64,000 bases of DNA, from the NCBI GenBank assembly GCA_014905635.1, contig CM026548.1, positions 1,178,001 to 1,242,000 on the forward strand, in the 5' to 3' direction. Shown here piece by piece: positions 47,477 to 59,061 of this stretch (position 1 is the first letter of the stretch; every line of letters begins with the position of its first letter). The position numbers were made by a program, and so were the translations under genes. Below the pieces are notes generated by a model. The model had not been told where the DNA came from and did not search any database. It saw only the letters and a program-made list of their open reading frames with translations. Origin of the DNA: Scenedesmus sp. PABB004 (lineage: Eukaryota).

Positions 47477-50400
47477 CGCCTGCCAGCACGCCGTCCAGCA
47501 CGTCGCGCACCGCCGCGCAGCCGCCGCCCGCGCCGCCGTTCGCGGCGGCGAGCAGGGCGTCGAGGCCCAGCTGCCCCCGCTTGGCGCGCTCGTAGAGCGC
47601 ACGCGTGGCGGCGCGCAGCGCTTCGCTGTACTGCTCGCGGCCCACGCGGCGCGCCTCGAGCAGCGGCGCGAGCCGCGCCTTGGCCGCGCTGTGCGCCGCG
47701 AGCTTTGCCTGCTTCAGCGCGTCGGCGCTCAGCGCCGGGGGCCTCGCCGCGGGCAGTGGCGGGCTCGACGGCGCCGCAAACGCGACCTGCTGTGCCTGCT
47801 GCTGCTGCTCTGGCGCGCCGGCGGACGCCCCCGCTGTCGCTGCGCCCGGCCACTGCTGCTGCAGCGGCGGCGGAGCCGAGTGCGGGGTTGGGTCCCACTG
47901 CGCTGGCTGGCCCTGCACCGCGCCCGCGGCCTCGCCGCCGGCCGCCGCAGCTGCGAGGCCGGTCGCGCTCGACGCTGCGCTGCCGGCGCTCGCGCCTGGG
48001 AAGTGCTGCCACACACCCGGCGGGCCCGGCCCGCCGCCGCAGCTCGGCCCAGCCGGGAGCAGCTGCGGCTGCGGCAGCCACGGCGGCAGCCCGCCTGGCG
48101 CAAAACCGCTCGCCAGTTGCTGTGCCGCGCCCGGTGCCACGCCCTGCCACGCCCTGCCCAGTGAACCCTGGGGCTGGGCCTGCGCCGCCAGCTGCTGCTG
48201 TGACGCCGGCAGCTGCTGGAGCGCCGGCAGCTGCTGCTGGAGCGCCGGCAGCTGCTGTGCCACTGTCTGCTGCTGTGCCGCGGTCTGCTGCTGCTGGGGC
48301 GCCTCGCCCGGCAAGCCAGGTGCGGGCCGCAGCTGCGCCATCATCAGGCGCTGCTGCCAGCTCTGCGGCTGCCCCAGCTGCTCCCGGTCTGGCGGGGGCG
48401 CAGGCGCCGCCGGCCCAAAGAACCTGCTGCTTGTGCCGCCTGCTCGCGCAGCGTCGTGGCGCCCGCGCTCCTGCTGCTGCGACGGCTGCAACCGCTGCTG
48501 CTGCGACGGCTGCCCGGATCCGTTCACGCCCGCGGCTGCCGCTGCTGCCACGCCGCGCCGCACCGCCCCCAGCGTGCGCACCGAGCGCGGCAGCGAGCGC
48601 AGCTCCTGCCGCCCGCCCTGGCCGCCGCCGGCCGCAGGGCCCGAACTCGACGTCCGCGTGATGCCGGCCGCGCTGCCGCTGGCGTTTGACAGCCACCGCC
48701 CCAGCAGGCTGCTGCTGCCGGCGCGCCAGCCCTCCGGGACCTGCTGCCGCCGCAGCGCCGCCGCCACGCCGAGCTCGAGCCGGCTCGGCGGCGCGGCCGC
48801 CGCCGCCGCGCCGGCGCTGCCGCCGCCGCGGGCGGAGCCCGCTGCGCCGCTGCCGGCGCGCGCGAGGCTCGCCCGGCGGCGCTGCTCCTCGCCCCGCTCC
48901 CTGGCGGCTGTCACGCCGTCTCGAATGCTGTCCATCCAGCCCGGCTCCGCGGGGTCGGCCGGCTCCACGCGCGACGCTGCCAGGTCACGCTGACGCTGCA
49001 GCCGCGCGAGCAGCGCCGCGCGCAGCTGCGCCTCGCGCTCGCTGGGCGCGGCGGCGGAGCTGGGCGGTGCCGCCGCCGTAGCCTGCGCCGCGCTGCCGCC
49101 TGCGCCGCTAGCAAAGTAGCTGCTGGTGACGCGGCGCTGGCCGCCGCTGCTGCCGCCGGCGCCGCCCGCTGCCGCGGCGCCGCGCGCCGCGCGCCCGCTC
49201 CGGGCCCTGCCGCCGCCGGCTGCGCCTGCGGCCTCCTGTCGCACCAGCTCCAGCGCGCGCCACGCCTCCTCCTCCGAGCCGGGCGCCCCCTCCGGCGCGG
49301 CCGGCGCCGGGCGGTCGCGCGCAGCAGCGGCGCCCGCCGCCGCCGCCCGGCCGCCCGCCGCGGCAGGCGCGCCCGCTGTGGCCTGGCTGCTGCTGGCGGA
49401 GCCGCCAGCCTCCTCCTCGTCCCGCAGCTGCTGCCACGTGCGCAGCCGCGGGTCAGGCGGAGGCCCCGCAGCACCAGCGCTGCCGCCGCGCCGCGCCGCG
49501 CGGCCGTTGCGGCCTGCTGCCCGCGCCCTGCTGGCGCTGCGGCGGCCGCCGCCGCTGCCCACGCCCGCGCTCGATGCGCCGCGTCGCGGGGCGCGCGCGC
49601 TGCGCGACGCGCTGTGCGGCAGCTGCCCCTCCTCGTCCTCCTCCTCATCCTCCTCACCGTCCTCTGCATCGTCGCTGCTGCTGCTGCGCCCCTCGCTCGC
49701 GTCCTGCGAGCCCAGCAGCTGCGCGGCGTCGTCGTCGTCCGCGTCGCTCGGCTCGGCGTCCGAGTCCAGCAGCGTCAGGTCGATCGGCTCCCCAGCAGCA
49801 GCTCCAGCCCCACCGCCGCCGCCGGCGGCGGCGCGCCGCAGCCGCGCGCGGCCGGGCACGGCGCGGCCGGCCGCCGCCGGCGCCGCGCCCTGGCGTCCCG
49901 TGCGGCGCCCCGCCCCGCGCGCGCGCGCGCGGCGCGCCGCGTCGGCCGCCTCTGCCGCCTCGCGCTCGCGCACAAACTGGGCGACGCAGTCGGGGCAGAA
50001 CCAGTCGTCGAGCGGCACGGTGCTGCAGTTGACGCAATAGGTGTGGTACCCCTGGTCGCAGCCTGCGGTTCAGGCGGGGGCGGGCGCGGTCACGCCGCGC
50101 GCACGCGTGAGGCTCGCTCGCGACGGCGCGCGGGGCTGGGCGCACCGCCGCCCACACACACACACACACAAATACGCACCGTCGCAGATGAGCAGCTGCT
50201 CCTCGTCCTCGTCGCCGCCGCACACGGCGCAGCGCAGGGACTCCAGGAACGCGAGGCTCGCGGCGTCGGGGACGTAGACCTGGTCGCGCGGCGTCCGGTA
50301 CGTCCGCGTCTCCAGCGCCGCGCCGCCCACCCGCCCGCGCGGGCTCTCCGCGGCCCCGCCCTCGCCGTCGCCGCTGCCGTCGCTGTCGCCGCTGCCGGCG

Positions 50401-50681
50401 CCGTCACTGCCAGCGGCGCCGTCACCGCGGCTGCCGGCGCCGCCGTCGCCGCCCGGGCCGGCCCGCCGCCGGCGCTTCGCTGGGCGCTGCTGTTCCTGCG
50501 CCCCGCCGCCGCGAGCCCGCACGGCCTTGCGCGAGAGGGTGGTGAAGCGGGATTTGCAAAAGGGGCAGCGAGTCTCGCGGTCGGCCCACGTAGTGATGCA
50601 CGGCCAGCAGAACTCGTGTGCGCAGCAATCCAGCTCCCCCACCTCCTCCACGCGGTCGTAGCAGATGCCGCACTCCGCCAT
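47451..50681 (-). CDS. RING plus PHD finger protein with C-terminal helical domain (PHRF1/SCAF11-like)
   Basis: C3HC4 RING CGICYD...CAHEFCWPCI...CPFC; PHD CAVC...LLICD/GCDQGYHTYC...WFCPDC; long low-complexity middle; C-terminal AKARLAPLLEARRVGREQYSEALRAATRAL. Confidence 0.87.
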
Positions 50682-51168
50682 GCGTGCGTCGGCGGCGAGG
50701 TGCTGAGCGTGTGTGCGCCCGCAGGGGCGGCTGCGCGGTCGCCGCTGTCGGCGCGCGCGCCCCCGGCAGCGGCGAGCGCCGCCCGCCTGGCGGGGGCGGG
50801 AGGGCGCGGGGAGGGCCGTCACGGCGCGGATGTGGGGGAGGCGGCGGAGTGTGCCGTGCTGCGGGCGGGCGGCGGCGAACTTGAACCGCCGTCGGCTCCT
50901 GAGCTCGCCCCCTCATCTCACTCACAACAAATCGTCTCAGAGGAGCGACAGCACCAGCAGCGGCACCACCACCAGAGCAGCAGCAGCAGCAGCAGCAGCG
51001 GCAGCAGCGGTTGGATGCTGCCGTACGCCGCCGGCGTCGCCGTCTGATGCTCGTCGTCCTCGTCGCCGGCTTGGCCGTAGCTCGCGTCGTCGTCTACGCG
51101 GGCGGCCGCATCGAGAAGCTGCAGGTCTGAGCCGGAGCGGGGCCCGGCGCGAGCAGCGGCAGCAGCAG

Positions 51169-52299
51169 ATGGGCTGCTTCCCCAGCCGCCCGGAGGGGCA
51201 ACACTCGGGCGCGCTCGCCGCGCTGCAGAACCAAGTGCGCGCGCTCCAGCAGCAGCTCGCCCAGGGCGGCGCCGGCGCCGCGTACGCGGCGCCCGTGGTC
51301 CACGGCGGCGGCGTGGCCGAAGTGCTGTTCTTCCCCGACCCAGCGCTGCCCTGCAACTACGGCGCCAACTGCCGGCGCCGCAACTGCACCTTCGCCCACG
51401 AGGCAACGAGCCTCGGGAGGTGCGCCCTGTGGTGCGCTGCGCACCAGCGGGGGCCGCGCGGGGCGCGCACCGAGCGGCCGCTGCGCCGCGCAGGCTGCTG
51501 CACATCCTCGCCGGCGCGCGGGCGTCCATCGACGTCTGCGTGTTCACGATCACCTGCGACGACATCGCCAACGCGCTGCTCGCCGCGCACGGCCGCGGCG
51601 TGCGCGTGCGCGTCATCACAGACAACGACCAGGTGATGATGGTCTGGTACAACGCCGCGGTGCCGTTTGTCCCCCTCTCGCCCTCCGCCCCGTTGGCCCC
51701 ACGGGCGCTGCGCGGCGGGCCGGCGACGGCGCCGAGGGGGGGCTGCGTCTGACCCGTCTGACCCGCCGCCGCCGCCGCCGCGCCGCGCCAGGCCGCGACG
51801 CAGGGCAGCGACATCGCGCGCCTGCGCGCGGGCGGCGTCGCGGTTGAGACCGACAGCGACTCGTTCCACATGGTGGGTGGGTGGGTGGGTGGTGTGTGTG
51901 TGTGTGTGGGGGGGGGGGGCTGCGCCGCCGCGGCGACCCTGGCCTCGCGCGTGCCGCCCGTGCCCGCCGCGACCGCGCCGCCGACCGCGCCGCCGACCGC
52001 GCTCAACCCAACCCACAATCAAAGCACCACAAGTTTGCCGTCCTGGACGGCCGGCTGCTGCTCAACGGCTCCTTCAACTGGACGCGCCAGGCGGTGCTGA
52101 GCAACCAGGAGAACGTGGTGCTCACCGACCACCCGCTGCTGGTGAGGGGGCGCCCGCGCGGTCGGCGCCGCCCACCGCGCGGCGCGGCCCGCCCGCGCGC
52201 GCTCCAGCCGCGCCCGGCCGGCCGCCGCCGCAGGTGTCGCGCTTTTCCCAGCAGTTCGAGGCGCTGTGGCGCAAGTACGCCGCGACGCTGCGCAAGTGA
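51169..52299 (+). CDS. PLD6/MitoPLD/Zucchini-like single-HKD phospholipase/nuclease
   Basis: EVLFFP, CCCH insert (CNYGANCRRRNCTFAH), SIDVCVFTIT, RGVRVRVITD, HM/HHKFAVLD (HxKxxxxD), NGSFNWT, NQENVV and FEALW. Confidence 0.9.
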
Positions 52300-52393
52300 G
52301 AGGCTGTTGGCGCGACCGGCGCCGGGCGGCGCGCGCAGCGCTCGGCGCGGTCGCGCGCGCTGCGCCAGCAGTGTAGACTCTGGCTGACTGGGC

Positions 52394-53048
52394 CGGGCAT
52401 GGCGGCGGGCGCGCCGTGAGCCGGCCGCGCCGCGCCGCGCGGGGCGGCGGCGGCGGCCGCTGCCGCGCGGGGCGGCGGCGGCGGCCGCTGCCGCGCGGCG
52501 CGCGCGGCTTCCACCCTGTCCCCCAGCAGGCATCCGGGGGCCGCGGCGCGGGCGGGCCCGGCGGCGGCGCGGGAGCGTTGCGGGTGGCGCGTGTGACCAT
52601 CCTCGGCAGCGCCTGGGCGGCGCAGCACCCCGGGCGCGCCGCAGCGGCGCGGTCATCAATCGCGCCACCCCGCACCGCGCGACCCGGCGCCGGCCGGGTC
52701 CCGCGCGCCGCGTGCGGCTCGGCCGCGGCGCGTGCGCCCAGACGCGCCGGCGCGGGGGGCGCGCGGGCCGCGCATCGGCGGTCACCCATCCAACGTGGCA
52801 GGGCTCTCCGCGCGCCCTGTGCGCCCCGCCCAGCCCGCCGCCCGGCCGCGGGGCCGCCCAGTCCCGGACCGACCCCCGGCCCGCACCCGCACCGCACCGC
52901 CCCAGGCCGCCCGCCATGGCGCTGGCCGCGCTCTCGCGCACCCGCCACACGGCGCTGACCAGCAGCGCGGGGGCGCGCCGCCGCAACGCGCGACTCGCGC
53001 CGCCGCGCATCGCGCTGGACGCCGACGCCGGCCTGCCGGTGAGCGGGG
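52394..53048 (+). repeat. Right arm of the long inverted repeat
   Basis: Carries a stub of the RING-PHD gene 3' end (GMAAGAP*), its downstream region and exon 1 of the next gene. Confidence 0.95.
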
Positions 53049-54771
53049 GCGGGCGGGCGGGATCGGTGCTCCAGACCTTTGCTACCACGCCGCGTGGCGC
53101 GCGAAAAGCTTGCCACGAGGCGCTCAGAGCTGGGCAGCCGCGGTCAGGTCGCCCTCGCGACCGGCGCGCCGGCAGGGGCGGCCCTGGCGCGGCGCGGGGC
53201 GCGGCCATCTCGGGCGCGCTGCCGGCCGTGGTCAGCGGCGCGCCTCAGGCCCGGGCCAATGGCGCGGAGGCATGGGACCCTATGGGAGCAGCCTTAGCGA
53301 CGCGGCCAGGCATCGGAGCGCGCCTGATTGCGCGGCCCGGGCGATGTAGTAGGGGCGCGCCCTCCGCGCTCAATTGCCGCGCGCTCGCCGCCCGCAGGCC
53401 GGCCCGGCGCCACGGACGACCTCGTCGCAGCAGCCCGCCGCGCGCCTGCAGGAGCTCTGGCACGCCGGCGCGCCGGCGCAGCAGCAGGCGCCCGCCGCCG
53501 CCGCGCCCGACGCCGCCAGCTGGGCGCGCGCGGGCGAGACGGAGCTGCAGCCCTGGGCGGAGCGCCTGCTGCGCCAGGTCTCGGCGCTGCCCAGCGGCCG
53601 CGGCGCGCTGGTGCACCTGCTGCTCGCGGCGCAGGGCGTGCTCGCGGCCGCGGAGCGCGCGTGCCCGAGCCGCGCGACCACCGCCGCTGCGGAGGCGTAC
53701 CTTCACCTGGCACTCATCGACATCATCGCCCAGGGCTGGCGGCAGCGCATGGCCGAGCTGCAGGCGCTGCAGGACCGCATCCAGCAGGTGCGGCAAGCGG
53801 CAAGCGGCCGGGCGGGCGGGCGGGCGCGCGCGCCAGCTGCCGCGGCGCCGCGCCGCGGCGGGCCCCGCGCGCGGCGCTCACGCCGCCGCCGTGTCGCCGC
53901 ACGCGCGCGCGCAGGACGCGGCCGCCGCGCGCGCGCGCCCCGGCTCGGCACGCGCGCCCGACCCGTCGGCGCTCGCTGGCGTGTCGCGGCAGGCGCTCGC
54001 AGCGCGCATGTCGCTGGCGGGGTGCCGCTACCTTCGCATCGAGGCGGCCAAGGGCCTCGCGCGCCGCGTGCACCAGCTGCTGGACGGCGAGGGCCACGCG
54101 CCAGGGCTGGACCTCGATGCGCTGCCGCAGGTGCGCCCGCCGCGCCCGCGCGCCGCGCCGGCGCAGCCCGTGCGCCCGCGCCGGCGCCCGCGCCTGACGG
54201 CCCCCCGCCGCCGCCGCCGCCGCCGCCGCCGCCCCGCGCGCGCCCTCAGCCGCACACCACGGGGCTCAACTTTGGGTCCCTGCTGGAGAGCCGGCTCGGG
54301 CTCGACCTCGCGTCGCCCGCGCCGCTCCGGTCGGCGCCGGCGGCGTCGCTCGCGGGGCTGAGCTGGGACGACTACCACGCCGCGTCGACCGACCCGGGGC
54401 TGCAGGCGGACGAGGTCTGCCACTTCTGGAACAACACGGCGAGCCTCGTGCCCGCGCCGCACGCCAAGTTCAGCACTGCGTCGCTCGCGGCGCACCTGGG
54501 GCCCGAGCTCGTGCTGAGCAGCCTCCCCAACGGCGTGTGGGGCCGGGCGCTCGTCGGCGCGGCGATCGAGGTGGGCCTGGTGCTCGACGCCTGGGCGGAG
54601 CAGCCCGCGACGGTCATGGCCGCCGCGGGGTCGATCGGCAGCGCGAGCGGCTGGCTCTGGGTCGAAGCGCAGCTCGGGCTGCAGGGCAAGCTCACCGACA
54701 TGCGCCAGCTCGCGCTCTCGGTCGCGGCGGCGGCGGTGACGATGCTGCAGGCGCAGCAGCAGCAGCAGTGA
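52916..54771 (+). CDS. Hypothetical protein with transit-peptide-like first exon
   Basis: Exon 1 52916-53038 splices in phase 0 to 53398 (AGPAPRTT...RLQELWH...). Later exons give YLRIEAAKGL and HTTGLNFGSLLE...WLWVEAQLGL; stop at 54771. Family not recognised. Confidence 0.72.
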
Positions 54772-55835
54772 GCGGCGCGCGCGCGCGCGGCCGGCGGGCG
54801 CGCAGCCGCGTGCCGCCGGCCGCGCGGGGCCGCCCTGGGAGGGGCGGGTCGGCGCGGGGCGCTGCAGCTCGTGGGCGGCGGGGCTGCGCGGCGCGGCGCG
54901 GCGCGCATGGCGCGCGCGGCGCGTGGCGCCCGCAGCGATCAGACTCGTTTGTAGTAGTAGGGAGGGGCGGCGTGAGCGTGTTGTGGGGCCGTGGCGGCGT
55001 GCGAGAGGGTTCCTTGGTGGTGCGTGGAGCTGCGCAGCGCCCGCCGGCCGGGCCCGCGGCGCGCAGCAGCAGCCAGCGCTGCAGACTGTGCATGCATGTT
55101 GAGCGGTCGGGTCGGTCGGTCGGTGTCGCTGCGGCGTTGGCTGCGACCCCTTGTGTTGCGCCACCTCTACTATTTGGGCGCCCCGTGGGCGCGGGGGGGC
55201 TGCTGCTGCGCATCGTCAACAATTGTGGGCGGGGCGGGGCGCCGCGGGGGCGGGCCGCCGGGCCGGTGCCCGCGCGTGTTCCCTGCGCGTGTGTGCCCAA
55301 CTGACCGAGCGACGCGAGCGAGGGGCGAGCTTGACGGGGCCTTGTGCACGCTTCCCGACTTTATCGATTTGTGTGCAGGTTTTTCCCCGGCGATTTCGCG
55401 CCGGCCGCACCTGCTCTCTGACCAAGCGCCAGCTGACTCCTGCTGCTCCAGCGACGGCCCCGCGCCGCCGCGCTCGTGTTGTCTGTCTGCGAGCGCATGC
55501 TGCGCAGACCTACTGCAACAGGGGGGGGGGTGAACGCAAGGCTTGTGTGTAACGCAGTTACACGCGGACAAGAGAGAGTCTCCCAGCTTTGCCTTTTCTT
55601 CCAGCAGGCGCTGGAGAAAGCACCCCCCCCCCCCCCACAAGCGTCACTTGCTGCAGCATCCCGCTGGACCGCGAGCGCTGCGCATGAGTTTCTGCAGCCA
55701 GTGTGCACGCTGCCGCGGTGTTTGACAATGCCGCCAGTCACCAGCAACCCGTCGGGCCCGCCGGCTCGCCCTGCACACGAGCGTCCGCCGCCGGCGCGCG
55801 CGCCGCCATCCTTTCCCCGCCGTCCTCCGCGGTCC

Positions 55836-57459
55836 TCAGCGCTTCGGCCCGTTGTTGATGCGCGCGAGGATTTGGTTGCCATACTTGCTCATCTTGCAGC
55901 GCGGCTTGCGCAGGCGCACGCCGGGGCGGTACGCCTTGTCGGCAAACGCGTTGGCATACTCGGCGCAACTGAGCTTCCCGTTGCCTGCGGGCGGTCGGCC
56001 GCGCGGCGTGCGTTGGCCCTGACGCCCCGCTACGGCCGCCCCTGCGCCGCCCCGCCGCCGTGCGTGCACACCATCGGCGTCCAGGTGGTCCAACATCGCG
56101 CCGGCAAACGCGAAGCCCACAAAGCCACCTGTAGGGGAGGGGTGGAGGGAGGGTGGGCGGGAGAGAGGAACGTGTGGGACAGACACGTCAGCCAGCGCCG
56201 CTGACCCGCGGGAGCGCACCAGCAGGCCTGGCCCCTGCTGCGCGCGCGCGCCACAGCGCACCTTTGCCGTCCGTGCCCTCAAAGCCGTCGCCCTCAAAGC
56301 CGTCCAGGCAGAAGGTCATGGATAGCCGCTTGGCAAGCTCGCCCACCGACAGGCCCAGCACCTCAGCCATGTCAGGGCAGACATTGTGCGGCGCAGGCTT
56401 GGTGTCGGCCGCGGCCGGGGCAAAGCTGCGCAGCCGGGTGTTGCCGCAGGCGGCGCAGCCGCCGTCCGTGTTGCTGCAGGCAGGTGGGGGCAGGGGCGGC
56501 GCGGCGGTGGGCGTGGGCGGTGCGCCCGGTGCGCCCGGTGCTGCACCACCCGCTGGCGCGACCAGCCGCCAGGGAGCAAGCACGCTCACGCGTTGTGGCA
56601 GCCCGCATCGCACGCGCCGGCAGCCCTGCGGTAGCAGTGTGAGGCGTCCGACCGTTAGCGAGCGCGGTCGGCACGCGGCGCTGCGCTGCGGGCTCAGGGG
56701 GCACTGCGCCCAGCGGCGGCGCCGCGAGCAGCCGCTGTGCCGTGAGCGCGCGGCGCGGCGCACGTGGAGCAGCCCTTGTCGCTTGCAACCGAGCTGTCGC
56801 TGCACGAGGGCTTGCCCTGCGCGGCGCGGCGCGGGCGCCGTCAGGCCGTGGCGACCGCCGGGGGCAGCGGCGGCGCCTGCAGGGGGCGGGGCGCTGCTGC
56901 TTGGCCGAGCCGGCGCGCCGCTCACCAATGGCCCCTGATAGATTTCATTCCTGAGGTGGTCGTAAATTGTAAAGTTGCGCCCGCAGCTCCAACACGGCTC
57001 ACAGTTGCAGCCAAAGAAATTGCAGTACGTGGGGCTGCTCGTGGCATTCACCGGGGTGAGGAGAGGGCTGTCAGGCGCTCGGGCGCCCGCGCAGGGGCGG
57101 CGGCGCGCCGGCGCCCTCCCCTCCCCAGCGCGCGCGCTGCCTCACGTGTACAACGGAATCTCGTAAAGCGTGCCGTCAGGGAGCGTGAAATCATGCATTT
57201 CACCCGAATTGCACTGGTTGTTGGTCGAGGGGAGGAAGTACAATTTGTTATTGTAGTGTGCGCCGATGCAGACCTCCTCCGAGCTCCTGCAGGCAGCCGC
57301 GGTCTGGTGCGAGCGAGACGTGAGGTCAGGCAGCGCTGTGTGAGGCAGGGGAGGCAGCACTGCACGCCCCGCCGCCGCACGCCGGCGCACCTGCAGCAGC
57401 ACGAGCGCTGCCAGCGCGGCCGCAGCTGCGGCGGCAGCGCGCCGAGCGGTGACCACCAT
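55836..57459 (-). CDS. Secreted Cys-rich protein with CNFFGCNC motif and C-terminal EF-hand
   Basis: Signal peptide [23 protein letters not shown]. About 8 frame-compatible exons include YCNFFGCNCEPCWSC, GKPSCSD...GCST, GACDAGCHN and DGGCAAC, and end LDHLDADGNGKLSCAEY...GPKR*. Confidence 0.72.
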
Positions 57460-58979
57460 TGCTGTTGGCAGATCTACGAGGTGGCAGCGCACAGGCAGCG
57501 GCGCGCCGGCTTGGCACGAGGGCTGGGCCGTGCAACAGCACCGGAGGCGGCCCGCTGCATCCCCGGCCAGCCCCGCCGCGCCCGCCCGCCATCGCGGCGC
57601 CGGTCGTGAGGCCAGCACCTCTCGGCCGCCTCACCTGACCTGCCTGTGCAGGGCGCGGTTGGCGCGGAGAGCGCGGCTCGCGAGGGGCGTCACGTAGCGG
57701 AGGCGAGTCAGCGCCGATTGGGCTGGTGCGCAGGGGCCGAGAGTGTCGGTAGCAGGCTGGCGCGGGACTGGCGGGGCCGCGCGGGCGGGGGCGAGGTCGG
57801 GCAAGCCGTGGCTGGCCGCGCACCCTGTTCGCCCTGAGAGTTGCTCTGCTCTGGAGGCTGTGCGCGTGAGCGCCGCGGCTCAGGGCGCTGCATCGCACGG
57901 CGGGCGCCGCGACGGCGGCTGACACCGCTTCTGCGCGGGCGCCGCAGGCTTGCGCGGCGGCCGTGACTGGCCGAGTGTGCAGCACGCTGCTGCTTGGTGC
58001 CTGAGGCGTTGCGGCAGCGCGCACCGCCACCCGCAGCGCTCGCCCGCCGCCGCTCGCCGCTCGCGCGCAACGCCCCCGGCCAGCGGTCGCCGCCGCGCTC
58101 GCCTGTTCTGGGCAGCGCACGCGCTCCCGGCGATGCGCCTGAGTCCGCGAACCTCATTGACCGCCCCGCTGCCCTGCCGCCGCCGCTGCCGGGCAGCTGC
58201 CCGGCAGCGGTGGGCGCTGGGCGCTGCCGGGCAGCTGCCCTCTCCGCGGCTGAACCACGGCCGTCGCCCGGCTCGTGGCGCTCCCGACGTCCGGATTAGG
58301 TCTATTGGTGCTCTAGAGTAGAACGCACGCACGCCAAGTCCCAAGCAGCAGCGCTCGCCCGGTGACCAGGTCGCCCGGCCGCGCCCGAGCCAGCAGGGCC
58401 CGCGCCGCGATGCTCAGGCCTCGCCCCGGAGCTGGCGCTGCCGCCCTGCCGGTGGCGGGCGCGCCAGGCAGCGCAGCGGGCCGTTGACCGCGCCGGCGGG
58501 CGGTCGCCACGGAAGGGCCGCCGCCGCCGCGGACGGTGCGCCAACGACCGGCTGAGCGGCCGGCTCAGTGGCCAAAGCGGCGTCGTCGCGGCGGCGGAGC
58601 CTGGCGCGGCGGCGGCGCCGACGCGCTCGGGGTGCCGCCCCGAGTGCGTCGGCGCCGCCGGCCGGCGAGCACGGCTGCAGAGCCAGCCTAGCCTGGGGGG
58701 GGGGGGGGCGAGCATGTTGGGCTGGGTTGCGGGCCAAGTCACCGGCCGCGCCGCATGGCGCGTGGCGCTAGGCGCCGTGTGGTCTGTGGTGTTGATGGTA
58801 GTCGTCGATCGGCAGCCGAACACCTGGCTGATCACGGGGGGAAGGGGAGGGGGGCTCAAGTCGCCCGCCCGGCCCTGCCCCGGCGGCAGGGGGGCTCGGG
58901 GCCTGTGACGCACCCCCGCCCGCCCTGCTCACAGAGTCTTTGCGGGAGGCGGTCCCGTGCTGGTTAACCCGCACGCGGT

Positions 58980-59010
<31 letters not shown>

Positions 59011-59061
59011 GGGGGGGGGCTGTTGCAAGTCAAAGCACAAGCCAACGCGCTCGCCGCGGCC

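Noticed and set aside
46855..53048. Composite or foldback transposon carrying a nuclease and RING-PHD cargo
   Set aside because: The arms consist of host gene parts (a stop-codon region and a first exon), and I found no TSD or transposase. Inversion with duplication explains them better.
55521..55636. Possible MITE: G10-TG ... CA-C14 flanked by ACA, with an internal GTGTAAC/GTTACAC hairpin
   Set aside because: G and C runs are common throughout this window, so the match may be chance; it needs copy-number evidence.
57600..59000. Short ORFs and CCAAT-like words between the Cys-rich gene and the JmjC fusion
   Set aside because: No coherent exon chain or recognisable motif; treated as UTR/intergenic.
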